Shown here piece by piece: positions 1 through 11,544 of a DNA stretch of 40,585 nucleotides. The stretch is taken from assembly GCF_001194135.2 (NCBI RefSeq), contig NC_068990.1, positions 68,877,249 through 68,917,833 of the forward strand, in the 5' to 3' direction. Made by a program: the position numbers and the translations under genes. The stretch comes from Octopus bimaculoides. Its lineage: Eukaryota. The notes beneath the pieces are model-generated. The model saw only the letters and a program-made list of their open reading frames with translations. It made no database searches and was not told the DNA's origin. How positions within the stretch are numbered: position 1 is the stretch's first letter; each line of letters begins with the position of its first letter.

Positions 1-409
1 ATATATATATATATATATATAGATATGTACGTATACGAGTGTGCCTGTGCCTGTGCTTATGAATATGTGTCTGTATGTATAATCATGTATGTATGCAACG
101 TGCATATTTGGTGTATATGTGTATATGTTGTTACACGTGTGTTCAGGCGTGCATACATGCGTATTTGAGTGACTGTTATGTAATCAATTGATGAGTTAGT
201 GTCATAACTGTTTTGTGTGTTTGCGTGTGTGTTTTTAAGGAAGGAAGGAGTAGATTATATTTGGTTGCGTTTATTGAGGCTGTTTTTCTTTTTACTATTA
301 TTCTTGTGATGTCATCGTTTTTGCTATTAGTGTTGATGTTTTAGTTTATCTCTTGATTGTTTACTGTATATTATTTTTATTATTATTATTATTATTGTTA
401 TTGTTATTA

Positions 410-449
<40 letters not shown>

Positions 450-1005
450 GTTGCTTTTTTTCAAATTTTGATTTTCTTTGGTTCGCTGAAAGAATTAGAT
501 CTCTCTACCAACAGACTAATAAGTCAGCCACCTTACCGTCCAACCACGATCAATCAGACAGCACCTGTCACCCAGGTCAGGCAACCAGCAAATCAACCGA
601 CCAGCCCGCCAGCCAACTAACACCTCAAACACGCGTGTCGAATCAAAATCGAATATAATCGTTAAAATTCAAGTAGATTAAAAGTGATATACTTCAAAAA
701 GAAACCACCAGAGAAAACGCAAAAGTAGTATCGATATATGAGGTAAAATAATATTTTGTCGTAAATTAAGCTACCGTGAAAGTTCGATGGAAATTGCAAG
801 GAGCTGAAATATTTCACGTTTTCATGTAGGATTACGAATTTTCATTTAGACTTCGTTCTCCCCGAAAAAAGATTTTGTGATACTTTGATAATTCCTTTCC
901 TAACATCATGCAAACACACCGACAGACCCAACACAGGCCCTCATTTTCGTGGTTGCATGATGTTACATATTCATATATATATATAGACATTTGTGCGTGC
1001 GTGCG

Positions 1006-1275
1006 TGGAAAGTGTAGGTGAAGATGGTGCCAATTATTGTTGGGTCCTTCAGAATAGTATCAGAAGGCATCAAGAGGAATATAAATGGAATTGGAAAAGA
1101 GTGCCTAGTGGAACTCTTACAAAAGGTTTGCCTCTTTGGTACGGCCAGGATAATCAGGAAAATATTAGATAGCTGAAAAGAACGAATAGCATGGTACCGT
1201 AGGCTGCTGGTAGTAATCCCGCTACGCATGCAAGACTCCAAGAGCTCCAACAAAACCTGTGATAAAGAGAAAATA
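1006..1275 (+). mobile_element. 5'-truncated R4/Dong-clade non-LTR retrotransposon (C-terminus of the RLE-type ORF plus 3' UTR)
   Basis: The frame from 1006 reads WKV*VKMVPIIVGSFRIVSEGIKRNINGIGKECLVELLQKVCLFGTARIIRKILDS* (stop 1174-1176). This matches the characteristic R4/Dong C-terminus as I recall it (VPIVIGALG...LLQK..LLGTARI.RK.L). A ~100-nt UTR follows and ends in AAATAATAATTATAA. Confidence 0.8.
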
Positions 1276-1285
1276 ATAATTATAA

Positions 1286-1416
1286 CCCTTTCTACTACTG
1301 GGACAAAGTCTGAAATTTTGAGAGAGGTACCTAGTCGATTACGTTGACCCCAGTGTCCTAGTGCTCAACTGGTACGTATTTCATCAGCTCCGAAATGATA
1401 AAAAGCATAGTGGACC

Positions 1417-1418
<2 letters not shown>
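1286..1418 (-). mobile_element. SINE family B, 3' fragment
   Basis: Aligns by eye to the copies at 38421-38637 and 38812-39030 (CTAGTCGATTAC..GACCCCAGTG..CAACTGGTAC.TATTT.ATC). Confidence 0.7.
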
Positions 1419-1504
<86 letters not shown>

Positions 1505-1732
1505 TATACAAATGAAGAAATGGCCTCTGTCTAATGACTGAAACAAGTAAAAAAAAATGTTAAATGTCAATACATATGGATATAAAACATGTTTAAATCC
1601 ATATACATATGGGTGTGTGCGTGTGTGTGGGAGGTGTACACTTATATATTAATGCACATATGCATACATTAAGAAAAGAAAAAGAAGAGAAAAAGAAGAA
1701 AAGATAGTGGCAGCCACAGCAGCAGCAGCTGC

Positions 1733-1785
<53 letters not shown>

Positions 1786-2362
1786 GGAATTGTATGCAAA
1801 AGCTTCTATGTAAGATATACGATACGTGAAATGGTTTGTAAACAAGAAGGAGAGAGAGAGGAAAAGAGAGAGTGAGAGAAGACTAGAAGAAAGGAATGAG
1901 AAAGAAAGATAAAGAAACGAAGAGAAAGCAAAGGAAGAGGAAGAATGATCTACAGAGAAAGGGAAGGAAAGCAATGGAGAAGGAATATTGGTGGAGAATC
2001 AATAGAAAATAATAGACTTTGCACCGAAATCTGGCAAGGATTGTGGGGCTGCTAATGGAGGCTGCACTTCCTGTGTATGCTATTCAATTACATCCGGGTC
2101 ATTGTAGAGCAACTGAACGAAAAAGTGTATGGAAACGGTGCAATAAGTTTCAATTAACTAAATATATAAGGATAGAGTTTGGAACACCGTTAGATTTAAT
2201 CTAGTTCAGTTTGTTTCTTCACAGACGGATCTGCTTTTAGGTGGAAACATTTGCATAGCTAACGTATCAATGACTTCCAATGACTTTCGAACATGTATGC
2301 AATATTTTGTTATCTTCAGTCAGAAAGAAAAACAACAACATTTGTAGAAGCATGTCAATACG

Positions 2363-2412
<50 letters not shown>

Positions 2413-3152
2413 GACACACGTCTCTATCTCATATACAAGAGAATATCCAGAATCTTTGTCCACATTGTAGCATCGTTTTATCAGCATCGTTTGTCTATTT
2501 CCTACGCAGTCGTCATACTAAAGCGAGGTCACCATGCAGCTATCACATCAAACCAAGGATAACATGCGAGCATCAAACGATTATTTTGTTTTACTGTTCC
2601 CTGAAGATTTATTCTCTCCTCTCGCCTTTGATCGTTCTTTCATATATCTTTATCTCAACACACTGAATTTAGAGCACTGTTATAGTATTCGAGTGTCGGA
2701 TACTTGCTCCGGTTATTAAATCGTTGACTGCTTTGCACATCACAGTCATATGACAATAATCATTATATATTGCTAGCTATTCTGTTCTACAGAAATATCT
2801 CCACAGCAAAACCTGATTTAGTTGGTTTGTTTCGACATGTTAAATAAGCATGTGTCCTTACAGTACGTTGGCCATGATCAAGGCTAGGTGTAAGCTGTAG
2901 CTTGCAGGGTTGAAACGACTAATTTGGTTCCTAAAACCTGTTGAATAAATATTGTACTAAATGGCTAATCCTAAAACTCAAGTCAAAGTAATTTCAAAGT
3001 ATTTCCATCATAAAGATGTTATTTTTGCGCGACTGTCACCATGTCTTTCATTTAATTGCTTTTTTACTTTCGTACGTAAGTTACCTCTCGAAAGTTCAAT
3101 AATCAACGAATGCGGAAAAGTTAACCCTGTTCTTGAAATGGGGACCATTTGG

Positions 3153-3270
3153 TCGGCAGTAAATTGGCAGAATAGAATGAAACGAGTCTTTCTAGCGTGT
3201 AACATCGGGTCTTTACGTTGTGAGTTCAAAATATTGCAAGAGGCACCTTTTCCATTCCTTCCGGGATTAG
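3153..3270 (+). mobile_element. SINE family B, degenerate 5' part
   Basis: GGCAGTAAATTGGCAGAAT...TCTTTACGTTGTGAGTTCAAA matches the head and B-box-like region of the other B copies. Confidence 0.55.
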
Positions 3271-3374
3271 TAAAAACACAAACCACTTGACAAATACTGT
3301 AGTCAGCTAACTCCTTTCCGTCAGAAACTGTTGGCTTTGTACCCGTGAGAAACCATCATATCCATCATATATGC

Positions 3375-3512
3375 CCACCTACCAAAGCCTTTTCAGAGGA
3401 CTTGATTGACAGAAACTGAAAAGAAGACTGTCGTGTGTATATGTGTATGGGAGTGTGTGTTTGTCCCCCACTATAGTTTGACAACTGGAGTTGGTATGCT
3501 TATGTCCCCGTC
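3375..3512 (+). mobile_element. SINE family A, degenerate central part
   Basis: ACCAAAGCC...GACAGAAACTGAAAAGAAGACTGTCG-(TG/TA)-TTTGTCCCCC...TTGACAAC...TATGTCCCCGT aligns to the centre of the copy at 34066-35020. Confidence 0.6.
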
Positions 3513-3701
3513 ATTTTCATTCTGAATATGTTACTCTTAAAGATAGCTTTAGCCGATCATGTACATGCATATATGCATGTAAATCGTTCCCACTTGGATT
3601 TACTGCAATTTAATAACATGATGGTGTTTAATGACCTGTTATCAATTGAGCACTTAATTATTTTGGATTTATTTATGAGATGTTTATCTCGAGTATATAT
3701 A

Positions 3702-3734
<33 letters not shown>

Positions 3735-3741
3735 CACACAA

Positions 3742-3772
<31 letters not shown>

Positions 3773-3777
3773 TTTCT

Positions 3778-3815
<38 letters not shown>

Positions 3816-4204
3816 NNNNNNNNNNNNNNNNNNNNNNNNNNNNNNNNNNNNNNNNNNNNNNNNNNNNNNNNNNNNNNNNNNNNNNNNNNNNNNNNNNNNN
3901 NNNNNNNNNNNNNNNNNNNNNNNNNNNNNNNNNNNNNNNNNNNNNNNNNNNNNNNNNNNNNNNNNNNNNNNNNNNNNNNNNNNNNNNNNNNNNNNNNNNN
4001 NNNNNNNNNNNNNNNNNNNNNNNNNNNNNNNNNNNNNNNNNNNNNNNNNNNNNNNNNNNNNNNNNNNNNNNNNNNNNNNNNNNNNNNNNNNNNNNNNNNN
4101 NNNNNNNNNNNNNNNNNNNNNNNNNNNNNNNNNNNNNNNNNNNNNNNNNNNNNNNNNNNNNNNNNNNNNNNNNNNNNNNNNNNNNNNNNNNNNNNNNNNN
4201 NNNA

Positions 4205-4237
<33 letters not shown>

Positions 4238-4313
4238 CACACAAATATATATATACATATATATATATATATGCATATATACATACATATATGTTACATA
4301 CATACATATATAT

Positions 4314-4560
4314 GGGTACAGGATGTCACAAAACGTAAACATTAAATACGAAAACAACACGAAATACGAAGACAAAATTGGGCATTTGAACAACGAGAGA
4401 AACAAATGGAAAACAAGACAAATAACATTAAAGAATAACCCTTTATCAGTTGTCGGCTGTCCATCTACTCCTCATTTCGAACAATTAACGACAATATGAG
4501 GCAGTTGCTCCCACAAAAGCCAAAATAAAATTTGGGATTTGCGAAGGTCAAAGCTGGTAA
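4314..4560 (-). mobile_element. Penelope-terminal-like repeat, left arm of an inverted pair
   Basis: Reverse complement of 4896-5157 at roughly 85% identity by eye, with two short indels. The GGGTACAGGA end also occurs at 33754 (GGGTACA at 32013). The Penelope assignment and sense strand are inferred from recollection of octopus repeats. Confidence 0.6.
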
Positions 4561-4659
4561 GTTTTTCACTCATCTTTCTCTAATTATTTTTTCTCCTCTT
4601 CACCGTTTTCTATCCGTCTGTCTGTCTCTCTCTCTCCATCCCTCTTTCTCCTTTACTCT

Positions 4660-5157
4660 CTCTCTCGTTGCTCACACGTGGCCATCGTCCATTTTTATTT
4701 TCCTCACGTGATCATTTTTCTTTTCTTTCAGTCTGTCTTACAGACCAGATGAATTCTTATTTGTCTCCTCTTCTATCTTTTCTCTTGTCAAAAACAGTAT
4801 TGCTCCAGCGTTCGCTACCTTACCTCGTCTGGCCTAACGGCCCTCAATTTTTGTTTTCGGTTAGTTTGTTGTGTGTCTCCACTTTCCTGTTTTTGTTATC
4901 AACTTTGACCCTCCACAAATCCCAAATTTTATTTTGGCTTTTCTTTTATGGGAGCAACTGCCTTTCGAAGCCTCATATTGTTGTTAATTGCTCGAAATGA
5001 GGAGTAGATGGACGGCCGACAGCTGATGAAGGGTCGCTATTTAGGTTACTTGTCTTATTTTCCATTTGTTTCTCTCGTTGTTTGAATACCCAAGTTTGTC
5101 TTTGCATTTCATGTTGTTTTCATATTTCATGTTTACGTTTTGCGACGTCCTGTACCC
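4660..5157 (+). mobile_element. Penelope-terminal-like repeat, longer right arm
   Basis: 4896-5157 is the inverted partner of 4314-4560. It contains CGAAA (4993-4997) and CTGATGA (5023-5029) and ends in TCCTGTACCC next to AT-rich/(TA)n sequence. The extension back to ~4660 is less certain. Confidence 0.6.
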
Positions 5158-5169
5158 ATTAATGCATAT

Positions 5170-5224
<55 letters not shown>

Positions 5225-5295
5225 GGGTGTGTGTGTGTATACAGAGAGAGAAAGAGAGAGGGATATAGATAGATAGATAGATAGATAGACATAGT

Positions 5296-5484
5296 CTTTT
5301 ATACTTTTAATTATGTTAGTTATTTGACTGCAGCTATGCTGGAGTACCGCCTTTAGTCGAACAAGCCGACCCCAGGACTTATTCTTTGTAAGCCTAGTAT
5401 TTATTATATCGGTTCTTTTGCCGAACCGCTAAGTTGCGGAGACGTAAACACACCAACATCGGTTGTCAAGCGATGGTGGGATGA

Positions 5485-5529
<45 letters not shown>

Positions 5530-5697
5530 ACACATATATGCCGGGCTTCTTATTTTCCTTTTACCAAATCCGCTCACAAGGCTTTGGTCGGCTTGAGGCT
5601 AAAGTAGAAGACACATGCCCAAGGTGCCACGCAGTGGGGCTGAGCCCGGAACCATGTGGTTGGGAAGCATGCTCCTTATAACACAACCACATATGCA
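5296..5697 (-). mobile_element. SINE family A, full length, with internal (AC)n
   Basis: tRNA-like head at ~5630-5697 on the minus strand, CCTTGGGCA motif, internal microsatellite at 5487-5537, and a 3' half collinear with 15641-16055 and 34066-35020. Confidence 0.85.
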
Positions 5698-5698
5698 T

Positions 5699-5740
<42 letters not shown>

Positions 5741-6502
5741 TTGCAGTTGTGTCATACTCTTCGATGCGATCTTTTGCCTTGTTAGCTTATCTGATTCAAA
5801 ACTAATTCAATAATGATGCGCCTTTATACATACGATATACATACGCACTCAGCTAAAACCCGATCTCGTGTTAAAGTCACCCACGCCATCTTTTATCTGT
5901 TTGTTTATTCACTATTCGATCTAAAGGTCGTCAATATCTTCTTTACCGCACATAAAAGTCAATATGACAATCAGATAATGATTCGTTATTGTCCTCCCAC
6001 TATTTTATTTTCTGATAGGAAAGAAAGCAGCAGCATTCGGCATGGCTTAATTTTTTTTTTCTCGTTCCCTATATTATTTCTAAAATCACATTAGTAAACG
6101 AACAACATTATGATTTGTCAACTAAAAATATATAGAATGTCTGAAATTGACTTGTATTATATTATTAAACTCTACGGTTTTAACATATCAACAAAACTTT
6201 AAAATATTTTTTTTTTATAGATTCATCCATTTGTTTGTTTGTTTTAGCATTTTAGTTTATGATACGATGGTACTCCACACGATACTTCACACATTTCAGT
6301 AATGAAACATGCGTTTTTCAAGTTCAGAATCATTGAAAATTCGTTACGTGTCTAACTCTTAACTGTTTTGTTTTTTTTTAATGCTTTTGTATTAGATTTA
6401 AGACATGAAACAAAATGGCTGCCTGATGACTCGACGACATTTGTGACTCGAAAATAATCTTTCACACTTAAATATAATATTTACTTGGTTGTTACGAATT
6501 TG

Positions 6503-6690
6503 TCATGTCGCTCATGTTGTTAGAAACAGCAGCCATATTTTCCTCAGATTACTCTAAGACGTCTTTGAAAAGAAGGACTAAGTGGATTACATAGCCTTAT
6601 TCCTATGAACTAGAAACACGATGTCACGAGTGAAAAGCTTTTGATTATAGGCACCCTCGGTTAACGACCGACCTGGGGCTATAAAAAACT
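6503..6690 (+). repeat. Dispersed repeat family E (old, SINE-like)
   Basis: TTAGAAACAGCAGCCATATTT...GACCTGGGGCTA. The motif TAGAAATAGCAGC(C/T)AAATCT recurs at about ten places in the window. Confidence 0.55.
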
Positions 6691-6729
6691 ACAGTAACTG
6701 AAAACAATCTAGTAAATGAGCAATTTAGT

Positions 6730-6819
<90 letters not shown>

Positions 6820-7002
6820 CAGACAGATAGACAAACAGACAGAGACAGATATATCTATGTAGACAGGTACATATGTGTTTGAATATATATAGAGAGAGAG
6901 AGAGAGGGGGGAGTAAGGTCTATTTGGCAACGTGTAAAATGACAGTCCTGTTTAGGATGGTGTTACTACCTGTTTTAGTCCCAGGAAAACATATATATAT
7001 TA

Positions 7003-7184
7003 TTCTTTTATTTGTTTCAGTCATTTGATTGCAGCCATGCTGGAGCACCGCCTTTAGTCGAACAAATCGACCCCAGGACTTATTCTTTGTAAGCTTGGTA
7101 CTTATTCTATCGGTCTCTTTTGCAGAACCGCTAAGTTACGGGGTCATAAACACACCAGCATCGGTCGTCAACGATGGTAGGAGG
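7003..7184 (-). mobile_element. SINE family A, 3' half only
   Basis: TTTGTTTCAGTCATTTGATTGCAGCCATGCTGGAGCACCGCCTTTAGTCG...CACACCAGCATCGGTCGTCAA is near-identical to 15655-15830. Confidence 0.9.
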
Positions 7185-7339
7185 CTTGTATACATGTGTG
7201 CATATATATGCATAATAGAGTAAAAGAATAAACAAGAGATAACATCAGATATAATATGACGTAACTTTAAAGATGGTGGTTGAGCTGTTACAAAATTATA
7301 GATCATAGATAGACAAACCGATAGTATTTAGGTTACGTT

Positions 7340-7545
7340 ACAGCTGCTGTTTAACCCAGGTTAATTCTCATTGAGGAAAACTTCTCACAGATCAAGGACG
7401 TTCCAACCGTCGCAGCCACCTCTTCATTTTAATAAGTAGTGTACATAAAGGTGCAATGAATATATCCTGCTACAAGACAAATGCGTTGTGATTCGGGAGA
7501 GATTGACTGCTATTTTCCAATAAGTCAAGCGATCTAATCGAAGCT
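7340..7545 (-). repeat. Dispersed repeat family E, inverted copy
   Basis: GTGATTCGGGAGAGATTGACTGCTATTTT is the reverse complement of the family E core; TGTTTAACCCAGGTT matches the 3' end. Confidence 0.5.
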
Positions 7546-8616
7546 TTGTCGTTGATTCATTTTGTTTTATGTATTTGGCAACGGCTCTGACTCAATATTA
7601 CATTCACTGCAATTCTCATTGTTCTTAGCATCACCCGCCTTCTCCCCAGTTCCCCCTTGTAATTATATCAGTAAAAACCAACGCTCATGATTGGTACAAG
7701 CGTTGCTTCATTAATAATTTGTTACTTTCCTGTAAGGTTTAACCAACAACCTCGACAAGGTCTTGCAACTTTACAAACCTCTACCGGCAGGATTCTTTGT
7801 TCTACAGATTTTGGAGCTAGTTGTTGTGATTCGAAAACCCAAACGAAAAAGGAGGGATATCTCATTCCGTCACCACACATCAAGTACTTGAGAAATATTT
7901 CTAAAAATACATACAGAAAACAACAAAATATCAACTCTCCAGATCTTTAGAGATCTGTTGTTTTAAATGCAACAGGCCGAGGGAGCTCCAAGGCAGACAC
8001 TCAGGTCCTAAAACTAGCAACAAAATTTCTGTCAAGAATGTCTTAAAAAGCAACACGGCTGGAAGACCCATTGCTCATCGGTCTTCTTAGTCAGAGCTGG
8101 CTAAAGGATTAAAAACAAAGTGCATATTTACACTATTGCATGCATAAACTTATTGGTAAATCCATTTATTTGTTTATGCTTATGAGTGCACGAATATGCA
8201 CCAGAATATGTGTGAGGAAAAGAGAGAAACGTGCGTGTGCTTTTGCACATATGAATGCGTGTGCCTGTCGGCGCAGCGTGTGTATGTGTTGGTGCGGCGT
8301 GCTTATAAGTTAGCGTGTGTATGGATTCATCTGTATTTCATGATGAACACAGCTATGTATGAACTTTTCTTAGAAAATTCACCTCCAAACAAGACGATAG
8401 AGAAACTGGAGATTTTTTTCTACTTTTGTTCCTTATTTTTTCTTCAAGTAATATTAATTTTCTTATCTTTTCTTATTATAAATCATATTCTTAATATGGA
8501 CTACAAAGCTATATTACATTGCCCCGATATATGTATGTTGTACAGGCAGACAGACAGACAAACAGACAGTCAGACAGACAGGCAGACAGAAAGCAGACAG
8601 ACAGACAGGCAAACAA

Positions 8617-8667
<51 letters not shown>

Positions 8668-9003
8668 TGAGTGTATAATAAATGTTGATTTACTTTTTAG
8701 TATCGGAAGGCATGGCATTAAAAGAGAATTTGACGAATATACAGAAATGTGCCTGTACACAGTCTATAATGTTATTGTGCGTGGGAGAGAGAGAGAGAGA
8801 AAGAAAGAGGGTGTGTACAGATATTTAAATGTATATAAAGTTTATATGCTTTTATTGTATTTATATATGGAATATACACGCAAAACGATAACATGCGAGT
8901 GTATATGTGCAATATCTAATCATATATATTGAATATATTTAATTCATATATTTATATATCTGTACGTATAATGTAGAAAGGAAAAAGTAAATATATATAA
9001 CGG

Positions 9004-9062
<59 letters not shown>

Positions 9063-9232
9063 TGTATGTTTGTATATACGTCATGTATTTATGTACATAT
9101 AAATGTGTATGCGTGCATATAAATGCACACAAACACGCACGCACACACATTGATATGAATATACACACACTCAATGTATTTATATATTTATATACGTATA
9201 ATGTATATTCATATATAATGAATACACATATG

Positions 9233-9304
<72 letters not shown>

Positions 9305-10134
9305 ATCTGTGCGTGTCAGTATGTATGTTATAGGAAAATTAGTTGTTGATGTCAAATATCGTTGATAGGATTGATGTCGAAGTTCGAATGTTAATGGAAA
9401 TTGTTTCGCAACATAACTGGAAGAATGGTAAAGCAATGAGTAGAGGGGAGAGAGTTGGAGAGACGTTTCCTTGGCAAACCAAGCATCTAAGACTTCTTTT
9501 ACGACATGTTGATACAAACAAACAAACAAACAAACAAACAACATATAAACAATATAAAACAAAGAAAATGCCTTTAAATCAAAATCCAATATTGGTCGAA
9601 GTCTTTTTCTATTTGCTGTTTGTGAAATTGTCTTAGAGTCTCAGAAGAGTGCAAGCGGCTCTCTTTGTTCAGCAAGGTATTCTTGGCCGAAAAACAGGAA
9701 ATTATTCCAGGGAACTTAATCATACTTTTCTGTTTGTATGTATAAATAGATAATTATATACACGCGCGCCCAAAGGCTCCTGCATGCATATATACCAACA
9801 TGTAAGTATTTATAAACAGATTTATACACACATATATATACAGACGCACACATATATATATACATAGACGCACATATATATGTCACTTTCTATCTATATA
9901 TAGAGATATATAATTATATATATGTGTTCGTATGTGTACACATACAGACACACACATTTATTTATACATATACATAAGTTTATAACATATATATATATAT
10001 ATGTGTGTGTATATATATATATATATACAAACATATTGAGTGCATACAGATCGAGATGACACGCACTCACACACGAAGACGCGTTTACGCGAACTCAACT
10101 ATTGTGTGTGTGTGTTTGTGTGTGTGTCTCTCTC

Positions 10135-10175
<41 letters not shown>

Positions 10176-10337
10176 GTGTGTGTGTGTGTCTTTGTGTATA
10201 CGAACTGATATAAGTTTGTATATGCGTGTGTCCTTATATACAAGAGCTGATGTAAGTTCGTATATATGTGTCACGCATGTTTGCATTTACATCTTCAAAT
10301 TTCATCAAGACATCACACACACACACCCCACTAATAT

Positions 10338-10546
10338 AATGGCTTCACATTTTAGCACAGGAAGTTTGGGACAGGGGTAAGTCGATCGAATCGGCCCCAG
10401 TACTCAGCTGGTACTTGTTTTATCGACTGCAAAAGAATGAACGGCTAAGTCAACCTCAGTGGAATTTGAACTGAGAATGTAAACACGGACGAAATGCCGA
10501 TAATCTTTTCGCCCGGCGTGCTAACGGTTCCGCCAGCTTACCGCCT
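10338..10546 (-). mobile_element. SINE family B, near full length
   Basis: The minus strand reads AGGCGGTAAGCTGGCGGAACCGTTAGCACGCCGGGCG...ATTCTCAGTTCAAATTCC (A/B-box-like), then the GTCGATAAAACAAGTACCAG domain. Confidence 0.85.
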
Positions 10547-10556
10547 CAATAGATAA

Positions 10557-10765
10557 CAATCTTTCCCCGGATATACAGACTCTTACAGCCGGTTTCTCAG
10601 TTTCCGTAGCGCCGGTCTTTCACAGGATTATTCAGTTTTGCTGAGTGAATGGGAGCAACATGAGATGAAGTATTTTACCCAAGAACACAAAGCGTTCCCC
10701 AGTCCAGGAATTAAAGCCACAATCTTATGATCATGAGTCCAACATCCTAACCACTAAGCCACCCA
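10557..10765 (-). mobile_element. SINE family D (tRNA head plus CORE-like segment)
   Basis: Minus strand GTGGCTTAGTGGTTAGGATGTTGGACTCATGATCATAAGATTGTGGCTTTAATTCC gives a tRNA-like A box and a decayed B box, followed by TGTGTTCTTGGGTAAAATACTT. Only one copy in the window. Confidence 0.65.
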
Positions 10766-10929
10766 CTTCCCCTGACCCTCTCTAAAATATTACCATGTAA
10801 TACTTCGACCGTGCGAACCAAAGGAGATGGCGACGTAGACGGGAAAAGGCTCCTTTTTACCACGTCGTACGGTCGAACACAAAAATAAAAGATATATATA
10901 TAATAGAAGAAGGCACCAGAAAGCATCAG

Positions 10930-11070
10930 AAAAACACCCTCACGTGACCTTATTAGATGGCCACGATTGGTCGGTTTGCACCCTGGCGCGAACAGGACTG
11001 GAGACAATTGCCGCGCAAATAATAGTCAGTCAGGTGATGGACAACAGCCGGGTCCAAGGCGGGAAAGAGA
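10930..11070. promoter_or_regulatory. Candidate regulatory island (E-box, inverted CCAAT, E2F-type motifs)
   Basis: TCACGTGAC 10940-10948, ATTGG 10966-10970, TGGCGCGAA 10984-10992 and GGCGGGAAA 11058-11066 lie in a locally CpG-rich, non-repetitive stretch. Motif matches only. Confidence 0.25.
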
Positions 11071-11326
11071 GATGTTACCTGCTACGTTCGCATTTGTAAA
11101 TAAATAACGGAGAGAGGTGGTTTCACTACAGCCATTTATAACTAACTCTATCTACTTTCCAAACTGGCACTAATTATTTTATTCTTTTATTCTTTTACTC
11201 ATTTCAGCCATGCTTCATTATAACATAAGGATTTATTTTTTTTAGAGTTTTCTGCTTCAAAAAAGTGGGATTGGAACAGCACAGATGCTTTAGCATTTTG
11301 GAATTTATGTGTGTGTGTGTGTATGT

Positions 11327-11470
11327 GACGGGCTTCTTTCAGTTTTTATCTACCAAATACATTCACAAGGCTTTGATCAGACCAAGTACAAAACACTTGC
11401 TGTAGGTGCCACGCAGAGGGATTGAACTATGTGGTTTGAAAGCGAATTATGAATCACACAGCCATGTCTG
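11327..11470 (-). mobile_element. SINE family A, 5' half only
   Basis: GACGGGCTTCTTTCAGTTT...CACAAGGCTTTG...GGTGCCACGCAG...CACACAGCCA aligns to 15903-16055. Confidence 0.8.
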
Positions 11471-11544
11471 CGTCTATATCGATTTTTAAATTTTTTATGA
11501 ATGAATGGGAAAATAAAAATATATAATCGATGAAAATTATGATG

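Noticed and set aside
2019-2115. Peptide DCGAANGGCTSCVC resembling an EGF-like NGGC motif
   Set aside because: Cysteine spacing is wrong, a stop follows shortly, and there is no polypyrimidine acceptor.
2961-3290. 109-aa ORF MANPKTQ...
   Set aside because: Its second half is a degenerate SINE B, and no domain is recognisable.
3703-4272. ~65-bp TA/CA pattern repeated on both sides of the first gap
   Set aside because: It is low-complexity, and best explained as a collapsed compound array or overlapping contig ends.
6422-6455. CTGATGA...CTCGAAA as a type I hammerhead
   Set aside because: Helix II cannot form (CTCG versus ACTC), and there is no helix I or III partner.
7640-8110. High-complexity block, possibly a TE fragment or exon
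   Set aside because: No recognisable peptide in any frame, no second copy in the window and no diagnostic ends, so it is left uncalled.
9636-9680. 40-nt micro-exon candidate (TTAG|AGTCTC...GCAAG|GTATTC)
   Set aside because: Such splice-like pairs are frequent by chance in AT-rich DNA, and the peptides are uninformative.
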